Translations under genes and position numbers: made by a program
Notes under the pieces: generated by a model
What the model saw: the letters and a program-made list of their open reading frames with translations, nothing else
What the model was told of the DNA's origin: nothing
Database searches by the model: none
Part shown: one piece after another, positions 1 through 6,435 of the stretch
How positions within the stretch are numbered: the first letter of the stretch is position 1
Layout of the letters: every line of letters begins with the position of its first letter
Virus record (IMG/VR): IMGVR_UViG_3300045988_034074
Direction: 5' to 3' (one strand)
Length of the DNA: 41,726 nucleotides
Source: a virus

Positions 1-94
1 AAGAGTGCTTGAAGAGTGCTTGAAGAGTGCTTGAAGAGTGCTTGAAGAGTGCTTGAAGAGTGCTTGAAGAGTGCTTGAAGAGTGCTTGAAGAGT
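1..94. repeat. Left direct terminal repeat: 8 full plus 1 partial tandem copies of the 11-mer AAGAGTGCTTG
   Basis: Perfect 11-bp periodicity read from nt 1 to 94. The same array is present at 41633-41726. Confidence 0.9.
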
Positions 95-113
95 TAAACA
101 ACGTTTTATTTTT
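94..113 (+). promoter_or_regulatory. Conserved 20-nt element TTAAACAACGTTTTATTTTT, copy 1 (function unknown)
   Basis: 19/20 identical to 21404-21423, which lies just upstream of the major capsid gene. Confidence 0.5.
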
Positions 114-116
114 TGG

Positions 117-140
117 ACAGATAGAAAATCTTCTATCTGT
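117..140. repeat. Perfect 10-bp inverted repeat ACAGATAGAA-aatc-TTCTATCTGT
   Basis: Reverse complement checked base by base. The right arm overlaps the first TATCTGTTA box. Confidence 0.8.
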
Positions 141-219
141 TACACACGCAAACTCAAACACTGTTTAACTATCTCATCTATTATCTGTTATTGTTGACTC
201 TCAGTCAATTATCTGTTAC
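133..219 (+). promoter_or_regulatory. Three direct TATCTGTTA boxes (134-142, 182-190, 210-218) matching the T7 RNAP class II pause/termination signal HATCTGTT
   Basis: Three exact 9-mers within 85 bp, just inside the terminal repeat. From memory, T7 carries the same CTATCTGTTAC at its concatemer junction. Confidence 0.6.
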
Positions 220-222
220 TCT
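194..222 (+). promoter_or_regulatory. Candidate host sigma70-type early promoter (TTGACT-17 nt-TACTCT)
   Basis: Hexamer match and spacing only. The position corresponds to the T7 early promoters. Confidence 0.3.
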
Positions 223-248
223 CATAGAGCCATAGAATTGACTCATAA

Positions 249-276
249 TTGACCGCAAAATGCCCTTTTGTATACC
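249..276 (+). promoter_or_regulatory. Candidate host sigma70-type early promoter (TTGACC-16 nt-TATACC)
   Basis: Hexamer match and spacing only. Confidence 0.25.
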
Positions 277-510
277 TATACATATTCCTGCATATCTAAT
301 CATAACGTACACCTTATAGATTTCATAGCGTGTACTCTATGGTATCTTTATGAGTTTCTATGCATATCCATACAGTGCTACGGTCTGCCTTTCCTATATA
401 GGTATATAATATATACATATATAGCTAACGTGCCACGCCTCACCTCAGCCTGATTAGGGCAATATGAAGACACATTAGACACATTCACTAAACTCTAATC
501 AAATCCTAAC

Positions 511-538
511 TGGACTTTTCCTTGCAAAGTGATATGAT
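511..538 (+). promoter_or_regulatory. Candidate host promoter with extended -10 (TGGACT-16 nt, TGaTATGAT)
   Basis: TG-n-TATGAT at 530-538 with a weak -35. It would start a roughly 290-nt leader ahead of the first gene. Confidence 0.35.
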
Positions 539-545
539 ATAGACA

Positions 546-838
546 ACAAGGACGGACACCTTGAACAGACCGAACGGAAACGATCGGGATGATGGGAAAG
601 GTTCTGAGAGCGTTCTTGAGTGACACGGTTCTTTGAAAACAGAATATGGTAAGCCGATAGCGAGGGACAAAATCTCACTAACACGAAACAAACGGCTATA
701 GCACGGCGTTCAGTGCGATGAACGCTAGGGGGTAGGAAACCGAACGCACCTACAGAAATAGCCCTACTCATAAGGGCTTGCAACAAACAACAAACAACAT
801 CACACAAATGTGAGTAGCATAGAAAGAGGGAAAACATC
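546..838 (+). other. Long untranslated leader or possible structured RNA ahead of the first gene
   Basis: The longest + strand ATG ORF here is 15 codons. Hairpins lie at 706-725 (7 bp), 732-753 (5 bp) and 760-778 (6 bp), followed by a CA-rich tract at 781-808. Confidence 0.4.
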
Positions 839-1183
839 ATGGAAGAGAAGAAGACAAATGTGGTCATGAATATCGGTTGCACTGATAAAGACGATAAAGT
901 CTTGAACAGAAATGTAATGATGGACATCATTGGTCTGTTTCATGACTGTACCATAATGCCTACCATCGGGTACTATAAGGGGAAACGTGAGAATAGCCTG
1001 AAGATTGAAATCTATGATATTGCGGTGGACGTTGCCGTGGATATGGCACGCTACTATGCAAACTCATTCAATCAAGAATACGTGGCATTGACTGTAGGGT
1101 CTGTCACAAAATTCATCACGGGTCATCTGTACGGGGATGACTTTCTTGACACGGTGGAAGAACTGGAAAGAGAGGCTAAATAA
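839..1183 (+). CDS. Early protein, unknown function (114 aa)
   Basis: First ORF after the leader, with a purine-rich RBS (AGAGGGAAAA). Its position corresponds to T7 gene 0.3. No family recognised. Confidence 0.6.
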   Translation: MEEKKTNVVMNIGCTDKDDKVLNRNVMMDIIGLFHDCTIMPTIGYYKGKRENSLKIEIYDIAVDVAVDMARYYANSFNQEYVALTVGSVTKFITGHLYGDDFLDTVEELEREAK

Positions 1184-1185
1184 TC

Positions 1186-1395
1186 ATGGATATTGAAAAG
1201 GGCATTGAGACATGGGAAATCAAAATGGTTAGACCTATCACTCTTTGGGGGGTTATCACACCTCGCATTGAGGCTATCGTAGCGAGGTATGGGTCTATGA
1301 TAGACCGTGCAAATAGCCTCAAAGAGAAACGGTCTATTGAACGCGAGTTTATCGTCACCATGCTTTCTCATGATGTTGTATGTGACTACGAATAG
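1186..1395 (+). CDS. Early protein, unknown function (69 aa)
   Basis: Starts 2 nt after the upstream stop. Same strand and tightly packed. Confidence 0.55.
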   Translation: MDIEKGIETWEIKMVRPITLWGVITPRIEAIVARYGSMIDRANSLKEKRSIEREFIVTMLSHDVVCDYE

Positions 1396-1415
1396 TAAAC
1401 TAGGGGGTATCCAAA

Positions 1416-1787
1416 ATGGAACTGATGAAACTGAGAGATCATAAATACGCACAATGCCATTACTATCACACAATGTACCTTGCGGGCAAAGAGGGATGGG
1501 GTCATGAATGGGGGTTTATGTCATACAGTACCCGCGTTATCATCGTGCGGGGTAGCCGTGTAGTATTCACCGGATACTACAGCCATACCACCTCTAAACA
1601 GCTCTCATGGTGGCTGAATGAATATGGTGATAGACTCAAGGGACTTGACAAAAAGACTCTTGACATTATGAATAGGGAACACATGGCTTACGATTTTAAG
1701 ACAGGTGAACTCACACCATTAACAGACTATGAATGGCGTGAACGCAAGGAAATTAGGCGGGCAGCTTTCAATGGCTATGGGTGGTAA
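1416..1787 (+). CDS. Early protein, unknown function (123 aa)
   Basis: ATG preceded by CTAGGGGGT. No family recognised. Confidence 0.6.
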   Translation: MELMKLRDHKYAQCHYYHTMYLAGKEGWGHEWGFMSYSTRVIIVRGSRVVFTGYYSHTTSKQLSWWLNEYGDRLKGLDKKTLDIMNREHMAYDFKTGELTPLTDYEWRERKEIRRAAFNGYGW

Positions 1788-1859
1788 CTCATAGCTAGTG
1801 TCTAGTCAAGTCAAGGGTGGCAAGGTGTCACCCTTTGGAACTCAAGAGGGTATCTCAAA

Positions 1860-1964
1860 ATGGTGGAAAAAATCAGTCGTGAAAAATTCATGGCAAGCAT
1901 GGACGGAAAACGTGTGTCTATAGAACGGAAGCCTAGCAAGGCAGACCCGATCTTAAAGACTTGA
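1860..1964 (+). CDS. Possible small basic ORF (34 aa, MVEKISREKFMASMDGKRVSIERKPSKADPILKT)
   Basis: Translated by hand in an otherwise empty 242-bp gap. AGAGGG lies 9 nt upstream. It is below the ORF-track length cutoff. Confidence 0.25.
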   Translation: MVEKISREKFMASMDGKRVSIERKPSKADPILKT

Positions 1965-2029
1965 CTTCCTTGCCAAGCAGAATTTCAAGGATAGCATTGA
2001 AATGATTATGTTTTTGGAGGGCTAACATC

Positions 2030-2509
2030 ATGGAATACGTTGACGAACTCAAGAACTTTGAAGAACTTTACAACATGTTTATTTACAAAGGGGAAGCAAG
2101 TGTCTTTCTTGATATGGTCAAGAAATTGCATTTAGAGGAAGCATACATGACATGGCTGAATGACCATTTCAAGGATACAGTCCCCACTAAAAGTACCATT
2201 GAATACTGTATCACTCACGAATGGGATGACTTCCGTATGCATATCCCCTATCTTACCTTGTCAAGGTTCACACCTCTCATGAAGACTCTTGTGGACTCTA
2301 TGGATGACCTTGAGAGAGTCGAACCTCTCACGTTTCCAATGACTTTTAGCAAGTCAGAACTTCCATCGGGGTGGGCAAGGTTCGCCAAGGAAGTCTATGA
2401 TTATGCACTTCCGATCAAGGTGGAAATCAATGTATCGGACATCAAGGCATATGTCATCACGGTCATGAAGGACTTCCGTGAAGTATTTGAAGAAAGAGAG
2501 GGCAAGTAA
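2030..2509 (+). CDS. Early protein, unknown function (159 aa)
   Basis: ATG preceded by GGAGGG. Confidence 0.65.
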   Translation: MEYVDELKNFEELYNMFIYKGEASVFLDMVKKLHLEEAYMTWLNDHFKDTVPTKSTIEYCITHEWDDFRMHIPYLTLSRFTPLMKTLVDSMDDLERVEPLTFPMTFSKSELPSGWARFAKEVYDYALPIKVEINVSDIKAYVITVMKDFREVFEEREGK

Positions 2510-2510
2510 A

Positions 2511-2747
2511 ATGCTTAAAGTTATCAATGAATATGATTTTGACACACTTTATAACAGTGCATGGGGACAGGCTGTGTCTGTTCTCAATGAAATTGATGAA
2601 GCGGACAAGAGCGAAGATCTCATGGACTTCCTTGAAGATCTCTATCCCGATGGCGTTGATGGTATCGAACTTAATGACCTCATTTCCTATGATTGGGAAT
2701 GGCTTTACAATCAAATTGGCATGCCGATGAAGGACAAGGAGGACTGA
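2511..2747 (+). CDS. Small very acidic early protein (78 aa, 21 D/E)
   Basis: In-frame ATG at 2511, one nt after the upstream stop, preferred over the track start at 2478. Confidence 0.6.
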   Translation: MLKVINEYDFDTLYNSAWGQAVSVLNEIDEADKSEDLMDFLEDLYPDGVDGIELNDLISYDWEWLYNQIGMPMKDKED

Positions 2748-2752
2748 CTATC

Positions 2753-2902
2753 ATGAAAACAGTTTTCAGAATTGGTATTGCCTTGTACTTACTTGCCCTT
2801 GCAGATATGCTGTTTGTAAGTACAGGGGCTATCACGCTTGCAAACTTTATCGCACTTTGCATTGTCTTGTTACTGATTGTTTTTGTTACGGCTATTGCCT
2901 AG
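2753..2902 (+). CDS. Small hydrophobic membrane protein (49 aa)
   Basis: ATG at 2753 preceded by AAGGAGG. The sequence is almost entirely hydrophobic (two predicted TM segments). Confidence 0.55.
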   Translation: MKTVFRIGIALYLLALADMLFVSTGAITLANFIALCIVLLLIVFVTAIA

Positions 2903-2919
2903 GAAGAGAGGAAACTATC

Positions 2920-3327
2920 ATGGAACGTACATTGGAAAGCACAAAAGAACTCAAGGAGATTGTCAAAGGTCTCATGATTGACCTTTTGGCGGACTATAGC
3001 ACTTGTCATCTGTGCTACTCATGGGATTTAGCAAACATCATCACAGGGGAAATCCTTGAGAGAAAGCCATGGTGGTGGTTGATTAACGTATGCAACTGTC
3101 AGTATAGGGAAATCCTTGATGACCTCAGAAGATACCATATCCTCAAGAAAGGGGACACAACGGACTGGGCAAGACAGGCTATCACGATTGAAGTCGCTGA
3201 ATTGTTAGGGGCTAGTGATGTCGTGATCGACACATGGAAGACGTATGATGATGAGAAAGGGTCTATGCCCGCCATGCTTGACCGCACCGTAGCAAGACAT
3301 ATCGCCATGGATTTGGCATTTGAATAA
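2920..3327 (+). CDS. Early protein, unknown function (135 aa)
   Basis: ATG at 2920 preceded by GAAGAGAGGAAA. The track start at 2857 overlaps the upstream gene. Confidence 0.6.
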   Translation: MERTLESTKELKEIVKGLMIDLLADYSTCHLCYSWDLANIITGEILERKPWWWLINVCNCQYREILDDLRRYHILKKGDTTDWARQAITIEVAELLGASDVVIDTWKTYDDEKGSMPAMLDRTVARHIAMDLAFE

Positions 3328-3342
3328 ACAGAAGAGAGTATA

Positions 3343-3369
3343 GACACAGGCTAGTAGTTAGTCTGTGTC
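3343..3369 (+). other. Long hairpin (12 bp including 2 G.U pairs, 3-nt loop) between the early genes and the RNAP gene; possible RNA processing site
   Basis: GACACAGGCTAG-tag-TTAGTCTGTGTC paired by hand. No U-run follows, so it is not a classic intrinsic terminator. Confidence 0.45.
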
Positions 3370-3374
3370 CTAAC

Positions 3375-3421
3375 TCAATTCAATTCAATTCTAATTCAAT
3401 TTAACTCAATTTAATTCAATT
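3375..3421. repeat. Array of about 7 TCAATT/CAATT units with 5- and 10-11-bp phasing
   Basis: Read directly: tcaattcaattcaattctaattcaatttaactcaatttaattcaatt, just upstream of the RNAP RBS. Confidence 0.7.
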
Positions 3422-3438
3422 AAAGAAAGGAGATTATC

Positions 3439-6063
3439 ATGCCAACATTAGATGATGAGTTAAAACTTGAGAATGAATACAGACACATGGCGATGGAAAA
3501 ACTCAAGGCAATTCTCTCTCACAAGGAAGAGACTGGAGACGCTTCTCATACAGCCATGGGTGCTGGTCTTATTAACCATCTGTACGACAATTTAGCACAG
3601 AACATGCGTGTATGGTTGGACGTACAGTTGACACCTAAAAGAGGCGTAAAGCCCATGTATTATCAGTTTCTCAAGTACGCCAATGCACAGTATGACGATG
3701 ATGAGACGTTCATTTCTATTCTGTGTCTCTCATTGCTCTCTAATGTCATCAATCAGGCTGCTATCAAGGGCGGGGATGACGAATATCCGTCCCTCTCTCA
3801 TATAGGGGAAATCATTGGTGTGCAGATCACTCAAGAAGTACACTTGCAGGAATTTCTGAACTACTTGCAGGGTGAAGATTATCAGAAGTATATCAATAGC
3901 ACCTTGTTTCAGGACTGGCTTAAAACAAATAACAAGAAAATGTTTGAATTTACCAACATTCCTATTGGTATCGCAAGGGGACTTAAGACAAGAAACAGTG
4001 ACTACTACAGACGCTACTATGTCAGGGAAGTAGAAAACAAGATTGTCGAAGCGGGTATCCCATGGTCTCCAAGGAAATTTGACAAGAACGTATGGTTCAC
4101 TTTAGGGGGCAAGTTAGTAGAGGTGCTGCTTTCCTCTACAGACCTCTTTGAACTCCAGTCGGTAGGTGGTGAGGTTGACAAGCTTCATCCGACACAGAAG
4201 TTCATTGATATTTGGAAGACCAATACAGACTATTCACTCTTGCATGCCTACTCCTCTTGTCCTACCATCATCCTCCCAAAGGACTGGACTGATATCAATG
4301 ATGGGGGCTACTACGGAGAACTGGCAGTCTTTAATAGCATGCTGAGACTCTATCGTTTTCAGGATGGTGGCTACTATTACAAGAAGTACATGAGTAAGCT
4401 CAAGTCTGCTGACCTCTCCAAGCCCATGAAGGCTCTCAATTCTATCCAAAGTACCCCATGGAAAATTGACAAAAAGGTACTGGAAGTGGCTCATGAAATT
4501 GTCAAGATGGGTGGTGATAGAGCTGGTCTGCCACGCACCGAACCATTTGAGGGTCTCCCTAAGCTCCATAATCCAACTGAACAGGAACTCAAGGAACACA
4601 AGCACAAGGCGTATCTGCACTACAAGAAAGAGTCTAGTCGTAAAGGTAAGATGATTAGAGTATTAGCTAACATCAAGACCGCAGACCGTTTTAAGGACTA
4701 TGAGAGGATTTACTTCCCTTGCAACATGGACTTTAGAGGCAGGGTCTATCCTATTCCGCCCTTCTCATTTCAGGGGGATGACCTTAACAAGGGTCTTATT
4801 CAGTTTGCGGATGCCCCCAAGATCACAGACCCAGAGAGCGAGCGTTGGTTCTTGATTGCAGGAGCTGAGTTCGCAGGGATTGACAAGGTGTCTTTTGCTG
4901 AGGAAATCAAGTGGGTCAAGGATAACGAACGCAATATCCTTGATACTGCGGAAGACCCTATAGCTATGTTGGACTGGTGGGGAAATCTTGATTGTCCCTT
5001 TGAGTTCCTTCAGTTCTGCTTTGAATACCATAAGATGATCGACTACAAGGCGAGTCACAATGGGTCTATCATCGGATGGTCAACTGGTGTTCCAGTGGCA
5101 TTTGATGGAACGTGTTCTGGTCTTCAGCACTTTTCGGCAATCTTGAGAGACCCTGTAGGTGCGGAAGCAGTCAATCTGAAACCAAGTGACAGACCTCAAG
5201 ATATCTATGGTCGTGTAGCACAGGTTGTAAATCAAGTATTAAAACATGATTCAGAACAGGGTACAGTAGATGAATGGGATGATGACAAAAATAGGATGAA
5301 GCTCGGGACTAAGACCATGGCACAGTTATGGCTGAACTTTGGTGTCAATAGAAAAGTCACCAAGCGTTCTGTCATGACACTTGCATATGGGTCTAAGGAA
5401 TACGGCTTCAAGGAGCAGATTCTGACAGACACTATTGAACCTCACATGAATGAAGGTGTCTTTACAGAAGCCAATGCACACCCTATGGCTGCTTACATGG
5501 CAAAGCTGATTTGGAATGCAGTTAGAAAAGTAGTAGTCAAGGCTGTCGAAGGCATGGAGTGGCTTCAGAAGGTTACTAGACTCATCTGCAAGAATGAGAA
5601 CGTAGTACAGTGGACTACCCCCATGGGTCTTTTAATCCACCAACCGTACCTGACCACGAAGACCAAGATCTATAGACTCCGCTTTGCACAGACACAGAAG
5701 AGAATTTATGTTCCCTATACATTAGGGGATGTAAATAGCAGAAAGCAAGCTAACTCCATTGCACCGAACTTCATTCATAGCATGGACGCAAGCCACCTTC
5801 AGCTTACGGTCTGCACCGCTAAAGACCAAGGCATTAACCATTTTGCGATGATTCACGACTCTTATGGGACTACAGTAGCGGACGCAGGGGTTCTCTTTAA
5901 GACTGTCAGAGAGTGCTTTGTGAAGATGTACACGGAACATGACGTACTTAAAGAGTTCGCTGAGGAAGTGTCGCACCTGACCGAAAAGGAACTTCCTGAA
6001 CTGCCAAGCAAGGGGTCTTTTGATATCAATGAAGTCCTGAGTAGCCTTTATGCATTTCACTAA
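3439..6063 (+). CDS. T7-like single-subunit DNA-dependent RNA polymerase (874 aa)
   Basis: Motifs DFRGRVYP, FDGTCSGLQHFSA, RSVMTLAYGS, PNFIHSMDASHL and IHDSYGT align with T7 gene 1. The length is close to the T7 protein (883 aa). Confidence 0.97.
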   Translation: MPTLDDELKLENEYRHMAMEKLKAILSHKEETGDASHTAMGAGLINHLYDNLAQNMRVWLDVQLTPKRGVKPMYYQFLKYANAQYDDDETFISILCLSLLSNVINQAAIKGGDDEYPSLSHIGEIIGVQITQEVHLQEFLNYLQGEDYQKYINSTLFQDWLKTNNKKMFEFTNIPIGIARGLKTRNSDYYRRYYVREVENKIVEAGIPWSPRKFDKNVWFTLGGKLVEVLLSSTDLFELQSVGGEVDKLHPTQKFIDIWKTNTDYSLLHAYSSCPTIILPKDWTDINDGGYYGELAVFNSMLRLYRFQDGGYYYKKYMSKLKSADLSKPMKALNSIQSTPWKIDKKVLEVAHEIVKMGGDRAGLPRTEPFEGLPKLHNPTEQELKEHKHKAYLHYKKESSRKGKMIRVLANIKTADRFKDYERIYFPCNMDFRGRVYPIPPFSFQGDDLNKGLIQFADAPKITDPESERWFLIAGAEFAGIDKVSFAEEIKWVKDNERNILDTAEDPIAMLDWWGNLDCPFEFLQFCFEYHKMIDYKASHNGSIIGWSTGVPVAFDGTCSGLQHFSAILRDPVGAEAVNLKPSDRPQDIYGRVAQVVNQVLKHDSEQGTVDEWDDDKNRMKLGTKTMAQLWLNFGVNRKVTKRSVMTLAYGSKEYGFKEQILTDTIEPHMNEGVFTEANAHPMAAYMAKLIWNAVRKVVVKAVEGMEWLQKVTRLICKNENVVQWTTPMGLLIHQPYLTTKTKIYRLRFAQTQKRIYVPYTLGDVNSRKQANSIAPNFIHSMDASHLQLTVCTAKDQGINHFAMIHDSYGTTVADAGVLFKTVRECFVKMYTEHDVLKEFAEEVSHLTEKELPELPSKGSFDINEVLSSLYAFH

Positions 6064-6090
6064 GTCACTAATTGCTCCACGAAGTAATAC

Positions 6091-6113
6091 TAATTGAGAC
6101 AAGAAACAGAGGA
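6091..6113 (+). promoter_or_regulatory. Phage RNAP promoter P1 (TAATTGAGACAAGAAACAGAGGA)
   Basis: One of four near-identical 23-mers, all intergenic and all on the + strand. It begins with TAAT as T7 promoters do. Confidence 0.7.
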
Positions 6114-6270
6114 GGAGAGAAAGAAGGTATCTTTAAGATATCTTAAAGAGTCTTACTAGATACCTTAAATCTAGCTACTATATACTATCTTAAAATATCT
6201 TAATATTAAGTATCTTTTAGATAGATAGATAATAGCTAGTAGTTAGTAACCTTATGGTATCTTAAAGACT

Positions 6271-6316
6271 CCATACCGCACCAAAAAGGACTGGTGAGGT
6301 ATGGGGTCTTTTTTGG
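6271..6316 (+). terminator. Intrinsic-type terminator (candidate early terminator)
   Basis: Stem CCATACC/GGTATGG plus CACC/GGTG, followed by GGTCTTTTTTGG with a T6 run. Confidence 0.6.
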
Positions 6317-6361
6317 TGTCTTAAATCTTTGTGTCTTATACCACGAGCCTTCGGCAGTGGC

Positions 6362-6382
6362 AACTGAGAATGTCTCTCAGTT
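6362..6382 (+). other. Perfect 8-bp hairpin AACTGAGA-atgtc-TCTCAGTT immediately upstream of P2
   Basis: Paired by hand. Confidence 0.5.
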
Positions 6383-6384
6383 AG

Positions 6385-6407
6385 TAATTGAGACAAGAAA
6401 CAGAGAA
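6385..6407 (+). promoter_or_regulatory. Phage RNAP promoter P2 (TAATTGAGACAAGAAACAGAGAA)
   Basis: Identical to P1 over 21 nt. It lies 29 nt upstream of the TSCPD gene. Confidence 0.7.
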
Positions 6408-6435
6408 GAACACAGTGAAAGGAGGTTGACAATTT

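Larger units (their letters stand above)
6114..6384 (+). other. Putative primary replication origin: AT-rich region with TCTTAA-type palindromes between promoters P1 and P2
   Basis: Palindromes TATCTTtAAGATA (6128-6140) and TCTTAATATTAAGA, plus five or more ATCTTAA motifs. The layout parallels the T7 phi1.1A/1.1B origin just downstream of gene 1. Confidence 0.4.

Noticed and set aside
1-94. Terminal tandem repeats as a CRISPR array
   Set aside because: The 11-bp units are directly abutting with no spacers, and the same array is at both ends. This is terminal redundancy, not CRISPR.
268-453. 61-aa + strand ORF in the left-end region
   Set aside because: It lies in the AT-rich promoter-type region, lacks an RBS, and translates to an implausible Tyr/Ile/Cys-rich sequence.
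499-930. 143-aa minus-strand ORF spanning the left non-coding leader
   Set aside because: It runs against the universal gene orientation and overlaps the start of the first + strand gene. It has no RBS, and its composition looks like random translation.
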